Positions 48,731 through 60,765 of a DNA stretch of 64,000 bases are shown in pieces; the stretch's first letter is position 1; every line of letters begins with the position of its first letter. This DNA is from the human T2T-CHM13v2.0 reference genome, Homo sapiens, in NCBI RefSeq assembly GCF_009914755.1, contig NC_060938.1. One strand, given 5' to 3'. The notes under the pieces are model-generated. The model was not told the DNA's origin and made no database searches. It worked only from the letters and a program-made list of their open reading frames with translations. Both the position numbers and the translations under genes were made by a program.

Positions 48731-51408
48731 GTCATCCTTCTTTTCACCCGTTACCTCTTTCAACAGAACCATGCCCAGTTTAGGGCCTAGCCCACTGGTC
48801 ACTAGCCCATGTAGGCCATTATGGTCCAGAGTGCTGTGGGCCCTTAGGGAGAACAGGAACTGGAAAGGTCCAGAGGGGGCCCCAATGCAGCTCGGAACCC
48901 GGGTGTCTGCCCTGGGAGGACACAGGAAGGACTGGGTCTGGTGTTTTGAGGGTTGACAGGCAGTGAGCCAGGCAGGGGCAGGGCATCCTGGGGTGAGGGC
49001 TTCGGGGGAGGAGAGTGGCAGTGTAGGGGGCAAGGGACAGGTGACCTGAGGGACGTTGCCCCGTGCTGAGATGTCCTCTGCTTACGGGGAAGGCCAAGCC
49101 ACGGACGCAGCACCTTGGTCCAAGCACACACCTTAGATCCTGGAGGGTCCTGGATGCATCTGGTCATGGACTCACCTTGCTGCTTGCTGGCACCCTCCCC
49201 AGGTGTCATGTCGCATCTGCCCTATGTTTGTGGGTGATTGTGACCCTTTCATGGGTGGGGCAGCATGATCGGGGCAGATCTCTCAGCTCCCTTCCCCGGC
49301 GTGACCCTCCGTCTTTCTCTTTGTCAGTTCTGACATTTACTCATTTTTTGTCTACAGAGAGTGGATGAGAGCTCTCTGCCACTGTCCGGGAGGGCTGGGG
49401 CTGGGTGAGGTCTGGGGGCTGGGTGAGGTCTGAGGGCTGGCTGGCAGCTAGGAGGAGGGAGACATGACGCTGACGGCCCTGCATTGCTGCTTCCTCCAGC
49501 TGAATCTACCACCCTGACTTGTGAGTGTCGAGGGCTTTCTGGGGAGCTGCTGGGACTAGAGAGGCGAGATCAGCAGGTGGGTGGGCCTGGCCTCTCAGCT
49601 GGCCCAGGCCCTTCCTCTGCTCAAGCCCCCGGTGAGTGGAGTCCCTGAGCTGGGTGACCATGAGCTTGCCTGCCCGGCATGGTGTGTGTGCAGGGCTGGG
49701 AGCTGGGGGTAGAAACTTGAGCTCTGTGCCTTGGTCTGCAGTGGCCTGCAAGGCCTGGTGCCTCCAGGCCCCGACTGCGACTGCACAGCCTGAGCCTGGG
49801 ACACCATCTGGGGCCTTGCAGGGCTGGGCCACTGCTGGTCACCACACACTGTCCTGGTCAGAGTGACCCCCAGGTGATCTCTGTCCTCTTCACAGAAGGG
49901 TCTCCTGGAGAAAGCCCTGGAGCAGACACCAGCCCTGGCTCGCTGCAGCCTTCGAGCCCCACTCTCTCCTCTGGACCTCAGTTTCGCCATCCATCCAATG
50001 GTGACCACTCAGTCACTGCCAGATCCTGAGCAGATCCGTCCTGGCCCTGGGGAGTGGACCATCCGGGGGCAGGGCTGGCCAGTGAGCAGAGAGCTGGCGG
50101 TGACATGGGCTCAGCACAGAGCACCACGTGGGGCCTGGGAGGAGCCATGAGAGCCGGCAGCCCTGCCTGTCCTCCAGATGAAAGCGAGGCCCGCAGCCTG
50201 AGAGGGAGGGAGGAGACGCTAATTACGCCCAGCGCGGGGCTCCCCAGGCAGCCTCAGCCACAGGATCAAACACCGCCTTCCTCAGCCACGCGCCCGGTAG
50301 TGCCAAGTCCAATTACAAGTCTAACCAGGGCTGGTGTGGGCCTCATGGAAATTCAGCAATTAGACCCACCTCCAGCAGCTCCTGATGGGCCTGCTGTGTG
50401 TGCATGTGTGTGCCCCTGTGCCTGTGTGCAAGTGTGCATGCACATGCCCATGGATGGACACACACAGTGTGTGTGTGTGTGTGTGAAGGGAAGCAGGGTG
50501 AGGGGACTGCTCATTTAGGAGGAGAGGCCAAAGGAGGCCAGGCCCCAGTCAGGCCAGGAGAAGGGGTCCACATGCTTGGGAGACGGTGAGCCAGCAGGGC
50601 TGCTGCCTGCTGTACTGGATGGAACACTAGGCCCTTTGCAGGGGAGGAGACTGCAGCTCAGGAACAGAGAAACCCCCTTCCCCAGCTCTAGTGGCTGAGC
50701 TGCTGGCTCAGGCCCTTGGGGCTTCCTGGTGGACCCTCAGAAGAGGGGCCCCTGGGTGCTGGCCTTGGGTGCAGTGTCAGCCTGGATCAGGGAGGGAAGA
50801 TGGCTCTGGGCATGGATGGGGATGGCTGGGCCTGGCAGGGGCTCTTTCATGGGTGCATCCCAGGCTCCCAGCCTGTACCCTATCCTTTCTAGATGCTAGT
50901 CTCAGCCCTGCCCAAGCCTGCCCCTGAGATCCATCTTCTCCCAGCCCTGAGACAACCCCTTGTGGGCCTCCGTGTCTGCCCGACTGGCCATATCACAATG
51001 GTAATGAGGGCAGGTAACGAGGGCCCACAGCGTCCTGCGCCATCCACGTGGTACAGCTGGTCTGCCTCCCTGCTGCCTCGGCACCCCGGAAGCCAGGGCG
51101 AGCAGCTTGGGTGTCTGTGGGTGTGGGGTTCGGTTAGAGAAGCTCCTAAGTTCTCAGGAGTTCTGCTGGCCACTGTGGCACCTGGGGAGTCCGCAGGACA
51201 GCCCAGCCCTCAGCACACGGCCCCAGCCATTTGGGGGGATGCTGTGAGGGTGGACCTTCCCCTCCTTTCCCGCCTGCCCACCCTTCACCTGGCCAGGCCT
51301 CCTCCCCATGTGCAATGTCCTCCCAGCAGTCGCCCCTCCTGCTCCTCGGTCCTCACGTCCCCAGGCTCCCCTGCACCCCTGACACCCTCTCCCCTCCCCC
51401 TACCTCCG

Positions 51409-53823
51409 CAGGGAGGAGGTGAGACTCCACTCCAGGGGAGGGGCTCGGACACTGGACCAGATTGAGGACTAGCTAAAACAGGGCCGAGGTGAAAGCAGCT
51501 TTCAGTCAGACCTGCCCACCAGTGTGCCATGTCAGTTTACCATTGCCATGGCAACACCCTGGAGTTACCACCCCTTTCCGTGGCAACGACCCAATGACTA
51601 TTACCCCATCCCTAGAAATTCCTGCACAAACCACCCCTTAATCTGCATGCCATTAAAAATGGGTAAAAACATGACGGCAGAACTGTCCTGAGCTGCTGTT
51701 CTCTGCCTATGGGGAAGCCCTGCCCTGCAGGAGCAGTCACGGAGCTGCGACACCACCAGAGCTGGGACACCACCAGAGCTGCGAGACCACCAGAGCTGTG
51801 ACACCACCAGAGCCGGGACACCACCAGAGCCGGGACACCACCAGAGCTCCGAGACCACCAGAGCTGCCACACCACCAGAGCTGTGACACCACCAGAGCCG
51901 TGACACCACCAGAGCCGGGACACCACCAGAGCTGGGACACCACCAGAGCTGCGAGACCACCAGAGCCGTGACACCACCAGAGCCGGGACACCACCAGAGC
52001 TGGGACACCACCAGAGCTGCGAGACCACCAGAGCTGGGACACCACCAGAGCTGCCACACCACCAGAGCTGCGACAGCACCAGAGCCGGGACACCAGCAGA
52101 GCCGGGACACCACCAGAGCTGGGACACCAGCAGAGCCGCGACACCAGCAGAGCCGGGACACCACCAGAGCTGGGACACCAGCAGAGCCGGGACACCACCA
52201 GAGACGCAACACCACCAGAGCTGCGACACCAGCAGAGCTGCGACACCAGCAGAGCCGGGACACCAGCAGAGCCGGGACACCACCAGAGCCGTGACACCAG
52301 CAGAGCCGGGAAACCACCAGAGCTGCGAGACCACCAGGGCCGGGACACCACCAGGGCCGGGACACCACCAGAGCTGCGAGACCACCAGAGCCGTGACACC
52401 ACCAGAGCCGGGACACCACCAGAGCCGGGACACCACCAGAGCTGTGAGACCACCAGAGCCGTGACACCACCAGAGCCGGGACACCACCAGAGCCGGGACA
52501 CCACCAGAGCCGGGACACCAGCAGAGCCGGGACACCACCAGGGCCGGGACACCAGCAGAGCCGGGACACCACCAGGGCCGGGACACCACCAGAGCTGCGA
52601 GACCACCAGGGCCGGGACACCACCAGAGCCGGGACACCACCAGAGCTGCGAGACCACCAGAGCCGTGACACCACCAGAGCCGGGACACCACCAGAGCCGG
52701 GACACCACCAGAGCTGCGAGACCACCAGAGCCGTGACACCACCAGAGCCGGGACACCACCAGAGCCGGGACACCACCAGAGCCGGGACACCACCAGAGCT
52801 GCCACACCACCAGAGCTGCGACACCAGCAGAGCCGGGACACCAGCAGAGCCGGGACACCACCAGAGCCGGGACACCAGCAGAGCCGGGACACCACCAGGG
52901 CCGGGACACCAGCAGAGCCGGGACACCACCAGAGCCGTGACACCAGCAGAGCCGGGACACCACCAGGGCCGGGACACCACCAGAGCTGCGAGACCACCAG
53001 GGCCGGGACACCACCAGAGCCGGGACACCACCAGAGCCGGGACACCACCAGAGCTGCGAGACCACCAGAGCCGTGACACCACCAGAGCCGTGACACCAGC
53101 AGAGCTGGGACACCACCAGAGCTGCGAGACCACCAGAGCCGGGACACCACCAGAGCCGGGACACCACCAGAGCTGGGACACCACCAGAGCCGTGAGACCA
53201 CCAGAGCCGTGACACCAGCAGAGCCGGGACACCACCAGAGCCGGGACACCACCAGAGCCGTGACACCAGCAGAGCCGGGACACCACCAGAGCCGGGACAC
53301 CACCAGAGCCGGGACACCACCAGAGCTCCGAGACCACCAGAGCTGCCACACCACCAGAGCTGTGACACCACCAGAGCCGTGACACCACCAGAGCCGGGAC
53401 ACCACCAGAGCTCCGAGACCACCAGAGCTGCCACACCACCAGAGCTGTGACACCACCAGAGCTGTGACACCACCAGAGCCGGGACACCACCAGAGCCGGG
53501 ACACCACCAGAGCTCCGAGACCACCAGAGCTGGGACACCACCAGAGCTGTGACACCACCAGAGCCGGGACACCACCAGAGCCGGGACACCACCAGAGCTC
53601 CGAGACCACCAGAGCTGCCACACCACCAGAGCTGTGACACCACCAGAGCTGTGACACCACCAGAGCCGGGACACCACCAGAGCCGGGACACCACCAGAGC
53701 TGTGACACTGTGGCTTCAGTAAAGCTGTTTCTTCTACCACTGGCTTGCCCTTGCATTCTTTCCTGGGTGAAGCCAAAAACCCAGAGGGCTAAACTCCACT
53801 TTCGGGCTCGCCTGCCTGCATCA
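51409..53823 (+). mobile_element. Solo ERV1 LTR (MER4-group, MER41-like; family not assigned) interrupted by a 17-bp VNTR
   Basis: MER41-like blocks gccatgtcagtttaccattgccatggcaac, ccacccctt, ctctgcctatgg before the array; agtaaagctg...cttgcccttgcattctttcctgg...gccaaaaaccc...tgcatca after it. 5' boundary approximate. Confidence 0.75.
51742..53707. repeat. 17-bp VNTR (consensus gagccgggacaccacca), ~115 units with variant types
   Basis: 17-nt period seen directly, confirmed by the 17-aa period in all three minus-strand frames. Confidence 0.97.
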
Positions 53824-55774
53824 TAACCATCAGGCCTGGAGAGCCGGGTCTCTTGAGAGTAAACTGCCGTGAGATTCTACAGGAACTCTGCCTCTCCTCT
53901 GGGCTGAGCTGTTCTGCCTCAGTTTCCTCACTAACAAAATGGGGTGACATCTTGAGGTGGCCCCTCTCGGTGCTGCCAGCCTCTCTGCTCCCCACTCTTT
54001 TTGGGCAGCCCTCAAGGCCCTCGTACAGCATCTGGGGGGCGGGTCACACTGCATACGGCAGGGGTGGGGGGGGTCACAGACAGAGGTGCTAAATCGATGC
54101 AGGACGTCCGCCCCAAAGACACGCTTGTGCTCCCTTTGGAGAGTCCTGCATCCTTCGCCCTCTGTTCATCTGTCTGTTTGGGTCCTGGGGATGAGTCTAG
54201 GTGGCGGCCATCTCCGGATGTCCCCAGGTTGCTCTGTGTGGGGAAGGGTGGGGAGGCTGCTGGGAACTGGACTCTCCTGGAGAGAGGCAGGGCCAGTGGG
54301 CTGTGGGTGCTGGGGCTTGGCACGGTGCTCCCCAGCCTGGTGGCCCCCTCTGCAGTGGATGGAGTCGGGATCCTGGGGGCAGTGAGTCTGGGACCCCGTC
54401 TTGGGAAGTCAGCCAGCCCCAGGAGCTGATTTGGCCAACCTGGCCTCAATTGAGCACCAAGGGGGCCTGAGGGAGCACCGAGGGGGCCTCCTGGGAGTTT
54501 GTCACATGATGGAGGCCTTGAGCCGTGGCCCGGCTCTGTCTGCTCGCGCCCCCTCACCCACGGCTGGCTATTGTGGATGGTGATGTTCCTGTTACAACTG
54601 AGGGATCTCCATAGAAACCCAACAAGGTCTAATTAGACACAACTAAGTGCTTCCCAAATGCATTTTAATTACAGCTCTGCTGAAATGAATGTCAAACTGA
54701 GGTTTCAGTTGCTGCGTGTGTGAACCGAATTGGCGCCTTCTCCTTTTCCAGCCATCAGTATGCCTTTTGTGCGATTTTGTATTAGGACCCAGCAGGATGG
54801 GGTGTCAGAGCCTCAGAGTCCCCAGGGAGTGTCCCCGTCCCAGCCCAGAGGGGAAGCGGCACTGGGGCCCAGGGGCAGTGGTGGGGACCCTGGGATGCAG
54901 AGGGAAGAACCTGGGGTTCCGGGGGGCAGGGCTGGGGGAGGGATTGAGGGAGTGCCCGGCATTGCTGCTGGCACCAGGGGGGTGTCTGTGCATGAGGAGG
55001 GGCTGAGAAGAGTCAGCTGGTCCTTGCAGAAGGGGGCCCCTGGGAGGGGCCCACCCAGACAGGCCAGGTGCCAAGTAGCATGGGGAGTCCTTGTGGCATG
55101 GGTCTTGGGGGGCGAGGCCTGGGCCACATTGCTGGGTGGGCCTTCAGCAGGGAGGAGCTCAGGGGGTCTCCTGAGGGGATTTCCTTCCTCCCTTACAAGA
55201 GACCTGGGGCCAGGGTATGACTGGCCACCCAAATTCGCACCCAGGGTCCCTTCAGCGCGGGCTGGGCGGGCAGCCGAGAGCTGGGCTCAATCTCTCCGTC
55301 ACACCTGCCTCTCAGACGCGCATCATGGGATTCTGATCCCCACCAGAAGCTCAGAATGTGACAAATGAGCAGAAAGAAGATCCCGGGGTGTTGAAGGCAG
55401 AATTTATTGTGGAGAAATTGCTCTGCAACTCTACTATTGTAGGCTTTAGAAATAGACTTTTCAGTACATAAATCCCGTGGCTCCAGCCTCACAGATAAGC
55501 CCGGCCCATCCGTCTGGAAGAATTCACAGATGACAAATGGAGGGTGGTGGCTGGTGTGCATTTGTGCCGTAGGCGGGAGCTCAGGACAGGCCGAGAGCCC
55601 ACAGCCCCACCTACGGTCTCAAGCCAGCTGGGTCTTCCACTCGCTGCCCAGCAGCACCTGAGCCCATCCAGCGCTCTGCTGCTTCTAAGGAAATGGACAT
55701 CTGGGGTCAGCCCAGGCCTCACCAGGGAGGAGGCAGAGCCCAGGGAGGAGGAAGGATGCAAAGCAGGAGGAAGA

Positions 55775-56110
55775 GGCCGGATGCGGTGGCTCACGCCTGT
55801 AATCCCAGCACTGTGGGAGGCCGAGGTGGGTGGATCACCTGAGGTCAGGAGTTCAAGAGCAGCCTGGCCAACATGGAGAAACCCTGTCTCTACTATGTCT
55901 CTACTAAAAATAGAAAAATTAGCCAGGCGTGGTGGTGGATGCCTGTAATCCCAGCTACTCTGGAGGCTGAGGCAGGAGAATTGCTTGAACCAGGAGACAG
56001 AGCAGAGGTTGTGGTGAGCCAAGCTCCTGCCACTGCACTCCAGCCTGGGCCACAAGAGCAAGACTCCATCTCAAAAATCAAACAAACAAAACAAAACAAA
56101 ATCATAAAAA
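55775..56110 (+). mobile_element. Full-length Alu (AluS-like) with an internal 11-bp duplication tgtctctacta
   Basis: ggccggatgcggtggctcacgcctgtaatccc...; (caaa)n tail; ggaggaaga on both flanks as a probable TSD remnant. Confidence 0.95.
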
Positions 56111-57319
56111 CCCAAGGTGGGAGGAAGAGCCGGCTGGCCGGGGTGGCCCTGGAGGCTGAGCCGGAGCCGCACTGCTCTCGCAGGTGACTAGTTCTGTGAT
56201 CGTGGGCGGGATATTTTGCTTCTCTTTGCCCCGGTTTCTTCATCTGTAAAGGGGCTGCATCTCTCCCTGTCCAAGTTCAACGTTAGGTAGCGTTCTCCTA
56301 GAAGTGCACCCTGGGACCAGGATTCAAGGGCAAGCAGTTAATTTGGAGGGTGATTTGGGGTCACCGGCAGATAGAAGGGTGCAGGATGTGGAAGGGGCCA
56401 GCGATGATGGGGGCTTAGCCAGCAGGTCCCTGGGCAGGCAATAGCGCAGCCCCTTTGGGGGCCTCTGGGAGAGACCGAGAAACATGGCGGAGTCGTCCCA
56501 CCCGAGGGAGGGAGTGAGTGACATCCTTTAGCCCTGCCCTCATGGGCTGGGGGCTGCCCCTGGAGGGCGAGTGCCTGAGGCAGGGCAAGGTCATCACAGC
56601 ACATGGGAAAGGCAGGGCTGAGAGATTAGCATCGGCACCACCTGTGTTGGCCACTGAAGCTGCTCCACACCACGGCGGCTGGAGAGCGCAGGTCCATGCA
56701 CCCTGGGGTACCTGAGGGCAGGCCTGGCACACACAGCCCCTGGCACAGCGGGCGCTCCCCCAGCCAGCCAGACCCAGCTGGGACAGATCTAGGCCCTCAG
56801 GTTTCCAGGCCTCACCTGTGGCCAGACGTTTAGCTCAGGCTCAGGGTGGCCCTGGGACTGGGCTGAGAAGGGAATGGTGAGAGGTAGGACTGGAGGCCCA
56901 GAGAGGACCCGGGGTGGGGACGGCGCAGCTGTGTGCATGCAGCTGTGTGTTGTGAGAGGTAGGGTTGGAGACCGAGAGAGGACCCAGGAGTGGGGATGGC
57001 ACAGCTGCGTGTTCAGGGCAGCAAGGTGGCTGCAGGGACGCGGCCCCATCCACAGGCGGCCAAGGGGATGCTTCTCATGAAGTTCCAAGGTGGGCAAAAG
57101 GCATGAGGCTGGAACCCCTCCCAGGGAACCCCCTCCAGAGGCCCAGGCAGGTGAGGAGATGGCACCCCATGCCGGCACCTAGGCTCCCAGGGCCACCCCA
57201 TCCCGCCCGCCTGGCTCTGCTCTGGGCCAGCTCGGGTTGGGCACAGAATGGGAGGCCCCAGTGTTCTGAGAGATTCGACTCTGTTTCTATGAATATTGTC
57301 ATCAGCACCATGCTGCCAA

Positions 57320-57877
57320 GGGTAGGCGGAGTCCCCAGATGGCCCCACAGTCTCCATCATGAACTCCTGAAGGGATGCTCTGCTCTGTGGGACAAGGACA
57401 TTTGCAGATGTGGTAAAGGGAGATGGTCTGGGCGGCCCGACCTCGTCACACCAGCCTGTTGAAGCCAGTGTTTTCTCTGGCTGGTGGGAGAGCAGAAGTC
57501 AGAGATTTGAAGCAGAAGGATTCCAGGTACCATTGCTGGCTGCAGTTGTGTGTGTAGGGGGATGCGACAGGCAGTCCCCAGCTGCTGAGCCCCTAATAGC
57601 CAGTGAGAAAGCAGGACCTCCCCGATCCCCCCGCAGCTCAAGAAACGGAACTCTACCAATCACCTGGAGGATCCTGGATCAAGTGGAGCCCCATGGAGCC
57701 TCCGGTGAGAACTCACCGCAGCTGACACCCGATTCTGGGCTACGCAGAGAACCCGGCCGTGCGGGAAGTCCGGCCTGCAGGTGGGGAGCTCATCCATGCC
57801 CTGGTTTAAGACGCTAAGTGTATGGCTTAAGACGCTAAGTGTATGACAGTTGTCACACAGCACAGGAAATGAATACA
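57320..57877 (+). mobile_element. MaLR LTR (MLT1E/F-like)
   Basis: agatggcccc...tttgcagatgtg...gctgacacc...gtttaagacgctaagtgtatg...ttgtcacacagcacaggaaatgaataca terminus; short tandem duplication near 57806-57845. Confidence 0.7.
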
Positions 57878-57909
57878 TGTCCCCGATGTGTTTTTCTGGA
57901 AAACACGCC

Positions 57910-58372
57910 TTGCATTTGGCGTCCTGTGGCCGCTGCAACCAGTGATCGCAAACGATGAGCAGGGGGCATCCTCTCAACGCCCCAGGGTCCAGAGGTCTGA
58001 AATCCGTGTCCCTGGGCCACAGCCAAGGTGCCTGCAGGCATTGCCCCCTCTGGGTGCTGCTGCCGGGACCCTTCCCTGCCTCTCCCGGCCCGTGGTGGCC
58101 CCAGGCGTCCTTGGCGTGTGGCCCCATCCCCCCATCTCTGCCTCTGTCTTCTCACAGCCTCCTCCTCTATGTGCATGAAACCTCCCTCTGCCTCCTTTGC
58201 ATACGATACACACAGTTGCGTTTCGGGTTCACCAGGATCACCCAGGCTAATCCAGAATAACCGCCCCATCCCAGGATCCTTAGCATTATGCAAACCCTCT
58301 TTACCAAATAAGGCCACACTCACAGGTCCTAAGGATAAGATCTGGTACCTTTGGGATTACCATTCAGCCTCA
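57910..58372 (-). mobile_element. MaLR LTR (MLT1C-like), tail-to-tail with the preceding LTR
   Basis: ccagaggtctgaaatc...ccttccctgcctctccc...tctctgcctctgtcttc...taatccagaataa...ccaaataaggccacactcacagg. Confidence 0.75.
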
Positions 58373-58756
<384 letters not shown>

Positions 58757-59056
58757 TCACTTCCCGCCACAGCCTTCCTCAAGTATGATTTTCCCAGCAT
58801 GCTCTGCAGTGAGTGATTGGTGGACACGCCCGCCCATTCTGCAGGAGCTAGACTTTCGCCTGTGAACCTGAACCGCTCAAGAAGACACCCGTCAGGTTGT
58901 ATTCAGGAGCAGCTTTTTCCAGGAAAGTTTCCATTGCTGTCAGTTTTATTTTGTGTTAATTATTTCCACCATAAGAGTCACTGTGATTGGGATGAAGGCT
59001 GGGCGTGTGGTTCTTAGTTCTGGCACAGAGACATAGATGCTGCCTGGGTCAGCTGG

Positions 59057-60765
59057 GTGAGTAGGGAGGTGAGTGTGTAGGGAGGTGAGTGTGCAGGGAG
59101 GTGAGTGTGTAGGAAGGTCAGTGTGTAGGGAGGTGAGTGTGTAGGGAGGTCAGCATGTAGGGAGGTGAGTGTGTGGGGAGGTGTGTGTAGGGAGATGAGT
59201 GTGTAGGGAGGTGAGTGTGTAGGAAGGTCAGTGTGTAGGGAGGTGAGTGTGTAGGAAGGTCAGCATGTAGGGAGGTGATTGTGTAGGGAGGTGAGTGTGT
59301 GGGGAGGTGAGTGTGTAGGGAGGTGTGTAGGGAGGTGAGTGTGTAGGGAGGTGTGTGTGTAGGAGGTGTTTTGGGAGTTGTGTGTGTGGGGAGGTGAGTG
59401 TGTAGGGAGGTGAGTGTGTAGGGAGGTGAGTGTGTAGGGGAGGTTAGTGTATAGGGAGGTGAGTGTGTAGGGGAGGTGAGTGTGTAGGGGAGGTCAGTGT
59501 ATAGGGAGGTCAGTGTGTAGGGAAGTGAGTGTGTAGGGGGGTGTGTGGGGAGATGAATGTGTAGGGAGGTGAGTGTGTAGGGGAGGTTAGTGTATAGGGA
59601 GGTCAGTGTGTAGGGAGGTGAGTGTGTAGGGAGGTCAGTGTGTAGGGAAGTGTGTAGGGGGTGAGTGTGTGGGGAGATGAATGTGTGGGAGGTGAGTGTG
59701 TAGGGAGGTGAGTGTGTAGGGAGGTCAGTGTGTAGGGAAGTGAGTGTGTAGGGGGTGAGTGTGAGGGGAGATGAATGTGTGGGGAGGTGAGTGTGTAGGG
59801 AGGTGAGTGTGTGGGGAGATGAATGTGTGGGGAGGTGTGTAGGGAGGTGAGTGTGTAGGGGGGTGAGTGTGTGGGGAGATGAATGTGTGGGGAGGTCAGT
59901 GTGTAGGGAGGTGAGTGTGTAGGGGGTGAGTGTGTGGGGAGATGAATGTGTGGGGAGGTGAGTGTGTAGGGAGGTCAGTGTATAGGGAGGTCAGTGTGTA
60001 GCGAAGTGAGTGTGTAGGGAGGTGAGTGTGTGGGGAGATGAATGTGTGGGGAGGTGAGTGTGTAGGGGAGGTTAGTGTATAGGGAGGTCAGTGTGTAGGG
60101 AGGTGAGTGTGTAGGGAGGTGAGTGTGTAGGGAAGTGAGTGTGTAGGGGGTGAGTGTGTGGGGAGATGAATGTGTGGGGAGGTGAGTGTGTAGGGGGTGA
60201 GTGTGTAGGGAGGTCAGTGTGTAGCAAAGTGTGTAGGGAGGTGAGTGTGTGGGGAGATGAATGTGTGGGGAGGTGAGTGTGTAGGGGAGGTTAGTGTATA
60301 AGGAGGTGAGTGTGTAGGGAGGTCAGTGTGTAGGGAAGTGAGTGTGTAGGGGGTGAGTGTGTGGGGAGATGAATGTGTGGGGAGGTGAGTGTGTAGGGAG
60401 GTCAGTGTGTAGGGAAGTGAGTGTGTAGGGGGGTGAGTGTGTGGGGAGATGAATGTGTGGGGAGGTGAGTGTGTAGGGGGTGAGTGTGTGGGGAGATGAA
60501 TGTGTGGGGAGGTGAGTGTGTAGGGAGGTGAGTGTGTAGGGGGGTGAGTGTGTGGGGAGATGAATGTGTGGGGAGGTGAGTGTGTAGGGAGGTGAGTGTG
60601 TAGGGGGTGAGTGTGTGGGGGGATGAATGTGTGGGGAGGTGAGTGTGTAGGGAGGCGAGTGTGTAGGGAGGTGAGTGTGTAGGGAAGTGAGTGTGTGGGG
60701 AGATGAATGTGTGGGGAGGTGAGTGTGTAGGGAGGTGAGTGTGTAGGGAGGTGAGTGTGTGGGAA
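59057..60765. repeat. ~16-bp VNTR (consensus gggaggtgagtgtgta), ~100-105 units
   Basis: Direct reading; variants gggagatgaatgtgtg and gggaggtcagtgtgta. Confidence 0.97.

Noticed and set aside
47350-48790. HPSI-repeat ORFs of 412-477 aa
   Set aside because: Translation of (CCAT)n; the same applies to 41045-41941.
51742-53707. CRISPR-like appearance, and a 7/8 Chi-like TCTGGTGG on the minus strand
   Set aside because: No unique spacers or cas genes and the DNA is mammalian; Chi has no established role in humans.
51601-53776. Three 680-714 aa ORFs, one in each minus-strand frame
   Set aside because: A stop-free 17-nt unit cycles through all frames, giving the same 17-aa period; no splice or promoter support, so a repeat artefact.
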